From the human T2T-CHM13v2.0 reference genome, Homo sapiens, in NCBI RefSeq assembly GCF_009914755.1, contig NC_060936.1: a stretch of DNA of 64,000 nt; one strand, written 5' to 3'. A program made the translations under genes and the position numbers. Each line of letters begins with the position of its first letter. Position 1 is the stretch's first letter. Of this stretch, positions 1 to 40,160 are shown one piece after another. The notes below the pieces were generated by a model. The model was not told the DNA's origin and made no database searches. It saw nothing but the letters and a program-made list of their open reading frames with translations.

Positions 1-3000
1 GGTCCGGCCGAGGGCGGCATTCCGGGACCCTCACGCCACCCTTCCCCAGAGCGTCGCCGACCCTCTAATTGGTCTCCCCAGAAGAGGCTGAGGCCGAAAC
101 AGTAGTTCACACTTCTGAGGGGCCCTGCAGGGAGGGGAGCAGGGAGCTTCATTCTGTAAACAGGAGGTGCTTGGAGGTGGGGGCCTTGGCGGGAAGGGTC
201 TCGGTTTGCTCGCCAACCCCCTGCCCCCCACCCGCGCCGATTTCAGCTACCCCTAGTTTCGTTGTTTTGCCGACAGGGCGGAGCTACAGAAGGTTGGAGG
301 GGGTTGTTGTTCTCTGGTGTTGGAAAAACAGGAGCGGCACCTCCTCTTCCGTGAGTGAGCCTGCCCTGGGGAGGTCTGAGATTAACCAGAGGGCCAAGTT
401 CAGGTGACATCAGGCAGGAGGCCCAACAGAGGCTGGCGCCCCCTTTCCTCAGTATAGCAGAGCTTAAGCAACATCTCTTTGTCAAGACCCAGGTCAACAC
501 AACTCATATTTATTGAGCATCTACTATACACAAGGCCCTGGGCCAGGAGCTGTAAGGGCAAGGATGTCCAGCCTCTGGTCTTTTCTCTCCCCAACCTGAG
601 GATCAAGAGGGCACCTCTGCTACTTTCTAAGCCTCCTGCCTTGGGGAGTCCTTCCTGGGCTCAGCTTGTGCCTCCCGCCCCCATTTTGCTTATTGTCTGA
701 CACTGTCTCTAGGACCCTAGACAGAGCCCCGGATTGCTCTTCTCCAGTCCTCCCCCGACTCCCATGCTATCTGAGCCCACCCCTTTGGGGTGTCTCTGGG
801 ACCGTGGACACCTGAGGACTGAAGTTCTGTGGATCTCCTCCCCTCCCCTCAGATCTCAGCTTGGGGTTTGGCACAGCCAGGGCCCCTTCCCCAGTGTGGG
901 AGTGGAAGAAACCACCTGTGCTTCCCTCACAGTTGCTGGGCCTAAATTTAGATCCTGGGATTTTTAGATGTGAACACTCCCAGCTGGTGGAGGGGGGTGG
1001 TCTGGGGACTGGCGTGGGAGGGAGCAGTGGAGTGACTGTATAACTGTCCCATCCAGACTCCTGCAATCTTCACCCAGAAACCCAGGAGTACCAGAGTCTG
1101 GCCACCCTCCCTGGGGAGGCAGGAGGCAGGCATGGTTGGGTCTCTTTACCCTTTATCTGGGTCCTGCAGCCTCTGGGCATCCGGCCCTGTCTCAGTCCTT
1201 CTATAGCCCCTTTGTCCTGGCTGTGATGGGGGTGGGGGATGTTGGAGGGGAGGCCTCTGGTTGAGGAGGGGCTGGAGATTCTGGCTCTATCCCACCCCTA
1301 GTGCTCTCTACCAAAGGAGGGCCTGTGACACTGCCCCTCCCTATGCTCCCGGTTCCTGGGTACAGCAGGGATTTTTATGATTCCCTTCCCCTGCCCTGCT
1401 CCCCAAGCTGCCTAGCTCCTCCCCAGAGGTGTTGTTTGTGCTCCCTTCCTGCCCAGGCCCTTTGCCCCCTGTTTGTGTAATATGGACTTTACCCTCAGGG
1501 TAGCAGGGAACTGGGCTACCTCTAACACTGTAGCCTTCCAAGCACAGACACAAAGTCTGCACAAACACTTATGGGCACGTGGGATAGATGGGGCCACCTG
1601 AAATACTTCCTGCAAGGAAACCCAACTATAGATTCCTGAGCCAGCAGGACCAATGTGTACGTGTTCGTGTGTACATTGTGTGTGTATGTGTGTGCCCACA
1701 CTACTACTTCCCTGTGCAGAAAGCTTGGCTCCTCCCTTATCTGGGGAGAAGTGTTGGCACTATAACTTGGGAAAGGGGGTATCCTGCCAGGAAGGGGATT
1801 GGGGTGGGGCTGTTCCAGAAATGACTAACCTTCCTAGTCTCTTTCATTTCAACCCAAGGACCCTGGAGTTCCCAGCTCCTCTGGAACTAGCTCTCTTTGC
1901 TGGGACTAGCCAACCTTCATGGGGAGTGATAAGGAGCCCTCCAAGGTCAAGAAGTCAGACTAGGGGTGTATGTTATAGGAGGGATTGGGGCCTCACCAGT
2001 CTCCCTCCCTCCATTCCCACTGTTGCCTCCCACTGAGCTACCACCGCCTCAGGGAAGGGTGGCTGGAACAGGTGGTATCTACCCCCTACTCCCCACCCCA
2101 CACATGGTCTTTCCCTGAACCAGAGGAAAGAGACTGGGGTAGGGCTTCAGAGTCCAGGACTTCCCATAGCCCGTTGTCCACCACATTTGCAAAGAAGAGT
2201 GAACTCCCAAGGCTGACATGCCATGTACCTCTAGTCTAGGCTCTCCCCTAGTGTGGGTGAGGATTGCCATGGTGAAAGGCTTTTTCATGAACCTCTTCTA
2301 ACAATGAAATTGTGTGGAGGCTCAATATGGGGCATCTGCTACTATCTCTCTCCAGGTTCCTCTGTATTTGCTGAAAAATACTCTAGGGCTGGAAAGTGAT
2401 GCTGAGGTTGCTAGAGTGTGTTGGGATGGGGGAGAGAGTGAGAAGGAAACCCTGAGTTTAGGAAGGCGGGGAGGCAACTAGCTCCTTATCTTTCAGCTTT
2501 AAAGACAAAGCTCCCATTGACCCCCCCTCACCCCAGCACTGCCAGAGCTCCCCCCTCTACTGAGGTCACTTGTCTGAGCCCAAGGCTTGAGGGTGGAGGG
2601 GAGTGCTGCTGAGGACGGGGTGTCTAGGGACAGGGTGGGGCAGCCCCCCTCCTGGATAGAATCGCCTCATTGTGGGCTGGACTGTGGCCCCAGGCACTGC
2701 CCCCACCCTCTGCCCCCATCCCACCCTCAGTAGACACAATAGGGGCTGTGTACTAGTCCCAAAGAGATATTTATTCCAGGACCTAGAGAGAGGCAGGATG
2801 AGGGTAGAGAAGTGAGTGCCCTAGTTGGAGGGGGAGAGGAGGGTAATCAAAGTTGCGGCCTTTTCCTAACTTCTCTTTTCTAGGGAGAGAAACAAATTCC
2901 CTGTCTTCCTTCTCAGTTAACCCCTTAGTACCCAAAAGAAGCACAGAGGGGTCCCAGGTTGAAAAAGGAAATCTTTTCACCTTCCCATTCATGGAATGGT

Positions 3001-3196
3001 AAGGGGATTCTGAGAAGAGAGAAAGCTCTCAGGCCACTACAGCTTCTGCCTATCGCTTGTGGGAGGGTTGGAGGCAAATGCCATCTGATCCTGTCTAATG
3101 TAACTGGAAGAGGGCAACCAAGGGGGTGATCTTTGGGGATGGCAGATGGGCTGAGAATTTGTGTCCAGCCCTCAGCCACTCTTCCCTCTGCTTTGA

Positions 3197-21656
<18,460 letters not shown>

Positions 21657-22287
21657 CTCCTGCTCCCTGTGGCACTCAGGGAGCATTTAATGGCAGCTAG
21701 TGCCTTTAGAGGGTACCGTCTTCTCCCTATTCCCTCTCTCTCCCAGGTCCCAGCCCCTTTTCCCCAGTCCCAGACAATTCCATTCAATCTTTGGAGGCTT
21801 TTAAACATTTTGACACAAAATTCTTATGGTATGTAGCCAGCTGTGCACTTTCTTCTCTTTCCCAACCCCAGGAAAGGTTTTCCTTATTTTGTGTGCTTTC
21901 CCAGTCCCATTCCTCAGCTTCTTCACAGGCACTCCTGGAGATATGAAGGATTACTCTCCATATCCCTTCCTCTCAGGCTCTTGACTACTTGGAACTAGGC
22001 TCTTATGTGTGCCTTTGTTTCCCATCAGACTGTCAAGAAGAGGAAAGGGAGGAAACCTAGCAGAGGAAAGTGTAATTTTGGTTTATGACTCTTAACCCCC
22101 TAGAAAGACAGAAGCTTAAAATCTGTGAAGAAAGAGGTTAGGAGTAGATATTGATTACTATCATAATTCAGCACTTAACTATGAGCCAGGCATCATACTA
22201 AACTTCACCTACATTATCTCACTTAGTCCTTTATCATCCTTAAAACAATTCTGTGACATACATATTATCTCATTTTACACAAAGGGA

Positions 22288-22401
22288 AGTCGGGCATGGT
22301 GGCTCATGCCTGTAATCTCAGCACTTTGGGAGGCTGAGGCAGAAGGATTACCTGAGGCAAGGAGTTTGAGACCAGCTTAGCCAACATAGTAAGACCCCCA
22401 T

Positions 22402-22440
<39 letters not shown>

Positions 22441-22585
22441 TTAGAACTGGGTGCAGTGGCTCATGCCTGTAATCCCAGCCAGCACTTTGGGAGGCTGAGA
22501 TGGGAAGATCACTTGAGCCCAGAATTAGAGATAAGCCTATGGAAACATAGCAAGACACTGTCTCTACAGGGGAAAAAAAAAAAAG
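22288..22585 (+). mobile_element. Two Alu left-monomer (FLAM-like) elements in the ERBB3 3'UTR
   Basis: Left-arm-only Alu sequences, each ending in an A tail. Confidence 0.85.
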
Positions 22586-23083
22586 AAACTGAGCCTTAAA
22601 GAGATGAAATAAATTAAGCAGTAGATCCAGGATGCAAAATCCTCCCAATTCCTGTGCATGTGCTCTTATTGTAAGGTGCCAAGAAAAACTGATTTAAGTT
22701 ACAGCCCTTGTTTAAGGGGCACTGTTTCTTGTTTTTGCACTGAATCAAGTCTAACCCCAACAGCCACATCCTCCTATACCTAGACATCTCATCTCAGGAA
22801 GTGGTGGTGGGGGTAGTCAGAAGGAAAAATAACTGGACATCTTTGTGTAAACCATAATCCACATGTGCCGTAAATGATCTTCACTCCTTATCCGAGGGCA
22901 AATTCACAAGGATCCCCAAGATCCACTTTTAGAAGCCATTCTCATCCAGCAGTGAGAAGCTTCCAGGTAGGACAGAAAAAAGATCCAGCTTCAGCTGCAC
23001 ACCTCTGTCCCCTTGGATGGGGAACTAAGGGAAAACGTCTGTTGTATCACTGAAGTTTTTTGTTTTGTTTTTATACGTGTCTG

Positions 23084-23089
23084 AATAAA
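23084..23089 (+). terminator. ERBB3: ERBB3 poly(A) signal (a second AATAAA lies at 23536-23541)
   Basis: AATAAA with a U-rich upstream element and a T/GT-rich downstream tract. Confidence 0.8.
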
Positions 23090-23679
23090 AATGCCAAAGT
23101 TTTTTTTCAGCTTCCTGTCTGTCAAATGAAGACATTTCGTATGTTAGATAAGAGATCTGCTCCTCAGCAGTGGATACTCACCTTTCTGTGTTCTGACAGT
23201 GCTACTCTGTCCCATGCAGCTTTCTCTAGTCCTACTATTACTTCTATTTCTTTAGAACAACCATAGCGCATAGTCCTTTTCATTAAGGGTTTTAGTAGGA
23301 ATCTACAAGGCAACCAATTGGGAATAACAAAAAGAACCTACGTGCTTTAGGACTTATAAAAAGCCCTATAAGCCCTCCTTCAGAGGCCAAACACTGAAAC
23401 CTCCAGATGCTTCTGAATTCATTATCTTAGAAAAGTCATCAAATCTTTTTATTTTTTCACGGTAAGAACTCTCAACAAACATGTCTTTCTGAACACTTCC
23501 CTTAGGTGCTCCATCCAGGTGCCTGTTATTGGAACAATAAAGTCATGTTACTTCATTAGGAGTCCGGCCTCTAGATTGCGAGGCCTTTAAATGGATGATC
23601 CCTCCGGTGTCTGGCTGCCCAGTTAGCCCCCGTTACCAGCACCCTTGGTCTTCTTCCACCTGTCTGCCCCTCCCTGTTC

Positions 23680-32494
<8,815 letters not shown>

Positions 32495-33485
32495 GGTGGG
32501 TCCCATCTCCCCAGCTTGCTGCTCCTGCCTCATCCCCTTCCCACCAAACCCCAGACTCTGTGAAGTGCAGTTCTTCTCCACCTAGGACCGCCAGCAGAGC
32601 GGGGGGATCTCCCTGCCCCCACCCCAGTTCCCCAACCCACTCCCTTCCAACAACAACCAGCTCCAACTGACTCTGGTCTTGGGAGGTGAGGCTTCCCAAC
32701 CACGGAAGACTACTTTAAATGAAAAAAAGAAATTGAATAATAAAATCAGGAGTCAAAATTCATCGTCTTCAAGCCCCTCTTTCTAGCCTTTTCTACTACT
32801 CTCTGCTTGGTCAAGGTTTGTGCCCCACTACAGAACAGGGCTAAATTAGCCACCACCACTGAAAACTCAGCCGAATTTTTTTATACCACTCTGATGTCAG
32901 CATTTTTTCCATCTGTTTGGGGCTTTTTCCTCTTTTTTCCATTCTCCCCAAATATTTTATCTGGCTTCAAAATTAAGAGGATTATTTTTCAGATTGTTTT
33001 TATTCAGTGTGGCCGATTCCTCATCTGATTCAGGCTGTCCAGTCAGGCCCCTCCCATTTTAGGAGCTGGAGCCTTCATTTATGAAGAGATTCTCATCTAT
33101 GAAATGGATCCTCATTTGTAAATCTTTTTTCTTCCATTTTCACAAAGCTGTAAAGAAATAATCCATCTCAACCTTACCCTTTTTCTCTGGAGTCAGTGGG
33201 GTCTTTCCTCGCTCCATCTTACACAGACCTGAGCTGGAAGCTCAACTGGTTTTGTTCCCTGTTTGAAATATTGTGATCTCCCTCCCATGAAAGAAAAACC
33301 AAGAACCAGAGGCGTAGACTGACTGAAGACACAACTCCTGGCTTTCTGAAGCTATGGACTTGGATTGGATTGCTGGGGGTTTGTAGAGAAAGGTGACAAA
33401 TTTCAGTACCTCTGGCATGCTGTCCCAGGAAACTAGGGCTCCCACTAACTTATGAGGTTTTTAAACACATTGAAAATGACATGAC

Positions 33486-33496
33486 ATTAAAATAAA
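33486..33496 (+). terminator. PA2G4: PA2G4 distal poly(A) signal (proximal AATAAA at 32739-32744)
   Basis: Overlapping ATTAAA/AATAAA followed by a GT-rich downstream element. Confidence 0.75.
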
Positions 33497-34039
33497 TTTG
33501 GATTTGCTCATAATGATGTGCTTTGTATGCTGCTCTTGTTTGATGGAGGTGGGGAGAATGTCAGTTGAAGTGGTATTGGAACTGTTCCTCCACAGTGCCA
33601 TGCTCTACCTTCCCAAAACGAGGAATGTCTTGACTTGCAGAAGACACAAATCTTAGAATCTTTGATGATATAGTAATCTGCTGGAGTTGGGTGGTGTAAT
33701 TTTCTAAGTAGAAACAGTCCTCACTGCTAAGATTTGTTTGGGGCTAGGACACAATGTCTACTGCAAAAACAGTACTGCAAGTGTTTATCTTGAATTCAAG
33801 AAGCCAGGAAGAATGGTACACTAGTTTTCAGGGCCAGACTAAGGTCAGATGGGTAATTAGTTTATCTTACTACATGTCAGGAATTGCTAAACTAGAGATA
33901 CTACAAGTGAACAGAACTGAACACAGGTCAAATGTGTAATGATGTATATCTACCATTAAAATAGAGTAGTTTTAGTGCCCTAAAAATCCTCTGTGTTTTG
34001 CCTGTTCATCTCTCTCTCCTTGCTTACGCATTTGTCCAA

Positions 34040-34716
<677 letters not shown>

Positions 34717-35467
34717 CTACAACTACTTAGAAGGAACCTAATTTTAAAAACGTTTTTCAGGGATTGAAAGTGAAATGCTATCCTGGAATATAATAAAGGG
34801 AAACCACAAAAAAAGAGGGATTGTAACAATCACATACAAAATGTTACAGTATTTTAAAACTGTAAGATGAAGTCTCTATAGGGAAAGGGTTCTTTTTCAT
34901 CCCCCATTAACTCAAAAGTTTCCTGTAGCCAAATCTTAGGGGATCTGGTTGTTTTCCAGTGCTTCTCACCTGAGCATACAATCAAACTGGGAAGTTCTTT
35001 ATCTTAACACCAAATGTCATACTTTCCCTAGATTTAGGTAATTTTCTCCCTATGTCCGTTGGTTCGCTCTTCACCCCTAGAGAATCACTGCATAGGTCAC
35101 TGCAGCCTCGACTTCCTGGGCTCGAGATTCCCCCACCTCAGCCTCCCAAAGCGCTGGGATTACAGGCATGAGCCACCGTGCCCAGCCCGCTGACGTATTT
35201 TCTGAACAAATGATGCATTGTAGCCAGGAATCTCTAGTGATATTTTGCTTCGGGCATCGTGGGGGAAGACCATAATCAGCTATTTTATTCTTGAAATTTA
35301 GGAAAAATAATTGCTCTATCTTAAACAGTGAGAAAATATTTTTTGAAGTATGGCAGCTTTCCCGAATCCCCACTTTATATCTTCCTATGTTCTGAAATCT
35401 TAGGACCTTCGATGGTTCCGGAATCGAATCACCCTGCAGCAATTTATTTTAGAAAATAAGGCAAACC

Positions 35468-35773
35468 GGCTGGGCGCGGTGGTTCATGCTTGTAATCCCA
35501 GCACTTTGAGAGGCCGAGGCGGGCGGATCGCTTGAGCTCAGGAGTTCGAGACCAGCCTGGGCAACACAGCGAAACCTCGTCTCTACTAAAAATACAAAAA
35601 TTAGCCAAGTGGCGCGCGCCTGTTGTCCCAGCTGCTCGGGAAGCTGAGGCGGGAGAATCGCTTGTATTCAGGAGGCGGAAATTGCGGTGAGCCGAGATCG
35701 CGTCACTGCACTCCAGCCTGGGTGACACAGTGAGATCCTGTCTCAAAAAAGAAAAAAAGAAAGAAAGAAAGAA

Positions 35774-35825
<52 letters not shown>

Positions 35826-35830
35826 AAAGA
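35468..35830 (+). mobile_element. Alu with (GAAA)n microsatellite tail upstream of RPL41
   Basis: CpG-rich Alu 35468-35745 followed by an ~85-bp AAAG/GAAA repeat. Confidence 0.93.
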
Positions 35831-35899
35831 AGGCAAACCAGTAAAACAAGAATTTCTGTACAGTCCGCGCCTATCCATAGCAAAATGGAGGACTTCTCC

Positions 35900-36257
35900 A
35901 GGGAACTGCAACTCCCAAGAAGCAATGCGAGGGAAGGTGGCGGTCACTATTTTTTCCCCGTCTGCACCTCTAGGTCCAATATTGGAAATAGGTGCTGACG
36001 TTTAAATAACACAGCGTCCTCATACTAAATCTGGGGGGGAACTGGTAACTCGAAAACCAAATACTCGGTCTTCCGAAAGAACTAACTCAACCTACCCTTC
36101 TACAAGAGGGTCCGAAAACCACTGTTACGCCCATTGGGTAGCCCCGCCCTTGGGGGGGGCAAAGGGCGTGAAAGCGGAAGTGACGACACCCGGCGCTCCA
36201 TTAAATAGCCGTAGACGGAACTTCGCCTTTCTCTCGGCCTTAGCGCCATTTTTTTGG
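35900..36257 (+). promoter_or_regulatory. RPL41: RPL41 ribosomal-protein promoter and non-coding exon 1 (TCT/5'TOP)
   Basis: GABP/ETS CGGAAGTG ~36175, TATA-like TTAAATA 36201, pyrimidine initiator CTTTCTCTC 36227-36235, YY1 GCCATTTT 36245, donor GG|GTGAGT at 36257, and a ZNF143-like ACTGCAACTCCCA at 35905. Confidence 0.85.
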
Positions 36258-36385
36258 GTGAGTGTTTTTTGGTTCCTGCGTTGGGATTCCGTGTACAATC
36301 CATAGACATCTGACCTCGGCACTTAGCATCATCACAGCAAACTAACTGTAGCCTTTCTCTCTTTCCCTGTAGAAACCTCTGCGCC

Positions 36386-37122
36386 ATGAGAGCCAAGGTG
36401 AGCGGTTCCTGGTAGTAAGCTTGGGAGGTAGGAGTTGGCGAGTAGTAGCGAGGAGACGAAGGCAAGTCCGCCATACCTCCTGAACTACTGGGTTTCAAGG
36501 GTGCCCAAGAGCTGGTGGGAGAGAGAAGGTAGTTTGTGAGAGAGCTAGCGGTTAAGTGCTATGGGTAGAGAGGGTGGGCTTAGAAAAGGGTGGAATTCTG
36601 ATCTTATGTTGGGAGGGTGTCCAAGTTACTGATGTAGTTGTTACGACCAATCTTTCATACTTCTTGGTTAAGAATCTGTCCGGTTCTAAAGAGTGCATTT
36701 CATATCCTTGCTAAGCCTACTAATAAGCTTCATCCCTTTTTTTTTTTTTTTTTTTTAATTATCTGCTGCTTGTGATCGGTTGCTAGTGGAGGAAGAAGCG
36801 AATGCGCAGGTACGTTGAGACTTTGCCAGCCCAGGAGGAGGGAAGTTCCTTGGACAAAACTTAGGAGAAACATTTGGTTTGGAAATCTTAAAAGATCTTT
36901 AGGAGAAAAACGTTTGAGTGTTTTCTCCCTGGAGCCAGGATTTAACAGAACAGAGAACGATAGAACCGTAGTGCTTGTTCATTTTACCACCTCATTCTTT
37001 ATGTGGACGTTTGATTTAATGTGGGAGGGAAAGGCAACTCTGGTTTGAGGTGTATTCCATTCCTGTGTCTGCTTTTCAGGCTGAAGCGCAAAAGAAGAAA
37101 GATGAGGCAGAGGTCCAAGTAA
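36386..37122 (+). CDS. RPL41: Ribosomal protein L41 (eL41), 25 aa [25 protein letters not shown]
   Basis: Coding pieces 36386-36397, 36787-36809 and 37080-37122 sum to 78 nt with canonical splice sites. It is too short to appear in the ORF track. Confidence 0.98.
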
Positions 37123-37387
37123 ACCGCTAGCTTGTTGCACCGTGGAGGCCACAGGAGCAGAAACATGGAATGCCAGACGCTGGGGATGCTGGTACAAGTT
37201 GTGGGACTGCATGCTACTGTCTAGAGCTTGTCTCAATGGATCTAGAACTTCATCGCCCTCTGATCGCCGATCACCTCTGAGACCCACCTTGCTCATAAAC
37301 AAAATGCCCATGTTGGTCCTCTGCCCTGGACCTGTGACATTCTGGACTATTTCTGTGTTTATTTGTGGCCGAGTGTAACAACCATAT

Positions 37388-37393
37388 AATAAA
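37388..37393 (+). terminator. RPL41: RPL41 poly(A) signal
   Basis: AATAAA ~265 nt after the stop, with TGTA upstream and a T-rich tract downstream. Confidence 0.85.
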
Positions 37394-37599
37394 TCACCTC
37401 TTCCGCTGTTTTAGCTGAAGAATTAAATCATCTTGTCTATTATGTTTTTTATGGTTCCATCGGGTGGGGGTTTTCTGTCATTAGAGTTTGCCCTGTCACT
37501 ACCTGTGCTATGGAGGGTATCAAAGCTATAAAGGCAACAGCCCGGGTTACGTGGTGTGGTTTGCATCTCGCTGGAGTTGGATGGGATATGGTACGTCTC

Positions 37600-38250
37600 T
37601 GGAGGCAGGTTTTAGGTTTCGCGGGTTATTAGGGGCCAATGCTGGTACCGCCCCTTTCCAGGAGGGCTGCCTTGGCGACTACCGCTTAGACCATGTCGTG
37701 CCTTTGGGTTGGGTTGCCATAGTGACACGCAAAGCGTGCTGGGAACGCCCTGCGGCATGTCGCACGCGTACTTCATACACCATAGAGTATGGTTCCGGGT
37801 CTGCTGGCTAGAGCGTCACTTCTTCCGCAGGAAGCGGAAGAGCGATCGGGTAGGCGGCTCTTTGTCGAAGCTAGAGGACCGGCAGGCGGCAGCAGCAACT
37901 ACGGCGGCGGCGGCAGGTGAGGGAGGCGGGAGACTTAGGTGGAGGCCGCGCCCGGAGGGGAGGAGTCGGGGCCGGCCCAGCGGCTGGGCTCGGCCAGGCC
38001 ACAGAAGGCCCCCCAGAACCGAGCTGGCTCGTCCTCACACCCCAGGGCAGTGCCCCTTTTCTGAGTGACCCCGCATCGCGAGCAAACGCCAGCTTCGTGA
38101 CGTCACAACCCTGCCCATCCCCTCAGCTTGATGACACCTGGAGCTCCAGCTCCCCGCTTCACTTCGCGCGCCCTTAGTGTCCCATTCACGTAGCCCACGG
38201 CTGAGCGCCGGCGGCACTGCACGGAACCTGCCAAGCTAGAAGACTTGCTG
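37600..38250. promoter_or_regulatory. ZC3H10: ZC3H10 CpG-island promoter and exon 1 (donor after 37916)
   Basis: RFX X-box-like GTTGCCATAGTGAC 37713-37726, tandem ETS GGAAGCGGAAG ~37830, donor CAG|GTGAGG, and palindromic CRE GTGACGTCAC 38097-38106. Confidence 0.8.
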
Positions 38251-38685
38251 CGGGAAAACTCCTAGGACTTCTTTCGCAAACTCTAGGGTGTTGGGAAGCG
38301 TCACAATCACTGCCTTCAAGTCTAATCGGCCATCCCAATGCACTGTCAGACGCTGCCTTTTTGAGGTTCCTCACTAGCCATTACTAACTCCAGCCCTTGG
38401 CGGTGCTCTGACCCTCACATCCTCTTTCATCTTGAGGCAGGGCGCCCCGCACTCTTTGTTCACTCAGGGCTGGTTTTCCAACCCCTCCTCCCAGTCCCTC
38501 CGAATTAGTTTTACTCTTCTTACTGGCAACTTCTCCCTTGGACAGGTGAAGTTCAGTTTGAACCCTGAGGAAATCCTCACGTTCTCGAAGCTTTGCCGTT
38601 TTGTCAGATTTCTTGTGACAACCACCCCATAGTCCTCCACTCTTACTCCTTCTTCCACCCAAGTCTCTGTTTTTTTCCTGCTCAG

Positions 38686-38749
38686 AACCCAGCAGTGATG
38701 TGGAGGTGGAGACCCACAGGAGCCCCGGACTTCACCTGAGCTACCTCAG
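38686..38749 (+). other. ZC3H10: ZC3H10 5'-leader exon 2 (64 nt) containing a 13-codon AUG uORF (38698-38739)
   Basis: Strong polypyrimidine acceptor ttttttcctgctcag and donor CAG|GTATCA. The uORF reads ATG TGG AGG...ACC TGA = MWRWRPTGAPDFT*. Confidence 0.75.
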
Positions 38750-40160
38750 GTATCAATTCTGGGAGAGTGGGGTGGGGAGGAGCATCATAACTAATTATCT
38801 GCTGCTGGTGCGACTTGCAACGTGAGCCAGGCTTGGATAGATGGCATTTGTACTTCACCTGGTCATTCCCCTTTACTAAAAGTTTGTATCTTCTTTTACC
38901 ACTTCTTTCCTTGATTGCTTCTATTATTCTGGGACTACCTCTCTTTAGAGGAGGAGGACCCTCTTACAGATTCTCTTGTAACTCTGGCCTCTGGTTTGGT
39001 TAGTTCATTTTAGGGAGATCTGAAGGCAAAGTCACAGTAGTGGGGTGGGGGTAGGTCAAGGCCAAAGGAATTAGGAAAGATTCCCTTATTCTCAAAGGGA
39101 ACAATATGAAGTTTTCCTATTTCAGCAGCAGGGGGAGCCTGAACACCGCATAGGAAAGGCTTGGGAGGTCAGACACGTGGTAGCAGGGACTCCAGGTCTT
39201 ACTGGGGGTGGAGAGAGGGGAGGGCTAGAACCAGGGCAGTGGACTGACATTCCAAAGCTCTCTTGGGAAATAGGAGACTTAAAAAGCTTTTATGGAGTCT
39301 ATAAATAAAGAGGATCTTTCTGGGTTGAGGAATGGTGTGGTTGGATGTCAGTGGGATCTTCACATAGGGGAGTAGGAAGGGGGTGGGGAATGGGGAAAGG
39401 TCACTTGTTCCTGTGAAATTAACTCCTTCCCACTTGACCTTATCACAAATGGTTTGTCCTAGGAAATCTAGAAGTGGAGACTCTAACTTAGAACTCCTAT
39501 CCTGAAATAGAAGGGGCTTACCTCTCTGCCGTTGACAGTGATGATGGCTGGGAGGGAATACTAAAATATGACAGGTTTTGAGACTCCCCTCAAGCTGGTG
39601 ACACCAGTCTCTTCACCCAGGATTTCTTGGCTTCTAGAGATTTGATGTGTACAGAGCCCTTACCTGAGGAAAAGGAAAGGGGGTTAAGGAAGTTTTGTTA
39701 CCAGTGTCCCATCTTCTACAGCCCTAGTAGCTCAGTAGCCCATCTTGGGCACTATTCCCAGTTTCCTTCCAGACTATTCAGATACTGACTGCAGTTTTAA
39801 TTTCACTTCCACAACTTTAATAAGGTCAGCTCAAAAGGAAAGATGAATTCCAACACTATTTTTTCCCTGCTCCGTCCTGGGCCTATCCCTCCTCCGTTAG
39901 CCAGGCAAGTGTGAATCATTCTGACCCAGACCAGGTGCACAAAACCCTGGGAGGGGCTTTTGATGAGTCAGACATTTCAGCCAGAATTCTTATCCCTTAG
40001 ATTCTCCATCTCTAAAGCCATTGCCCCTCTGGGCCACCTGCTTTATAGTCAGGAAGAGTGGGATCTCCCTGGAGGACTCCTGTTTGATACAGTTCTCCTC
40101 TTTTGTAGTGGTCACCAAGAGTGGCAAGATAAAGAAAACCCTGAGTTGGGCGGGACCAGG

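Larger units (their letters stand above)
21657..23110 (+). other. ERBB3: ERBB3 3'UTR with miRNA seed matches
   Basis: CTCAGGGA (miR-125) 21675-21682, GGCAGCTA (miR-22) 21692-21699, GCACTTT (miR-17 family) 21845-21851, ATGAAGGA (miR-205) 21943-21950, TGCACTGA (miR-148/152) 22736-22743, TCATCTCA (miR-143) 22789-22796, AACTGGA (miR-145) 22831-22837. Confidence 0.8.

Noticed and set aside
980-1280. G-rich tracts in ERBB3 intron 1 (possible G-quadruplexes)
   Set aside because: Common in GC-rich first introns; loops are irregular and nothing is distinctive.
35730-36005. Lys/Glu/Arg-rich ORF (KKERKKER)
   Set aside because: Translation of the (GAAA)n Alu tail.
36258-37079. Intronic snoRNAs expected in a ribosomal-protein gene (also checked PA2G4 introns)
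   Set aside because: I could not identify a convincing C/D pair with a terminal stem or an H/ACA structure by eye.
39960-40160. 501-aa ORF suggesting a longer ZC3H10 starting at 39960
   Set aside because: 39960-40108 is intronic (acceptor ttttgtag ends at 40108). Only the spliced extension is plausible.
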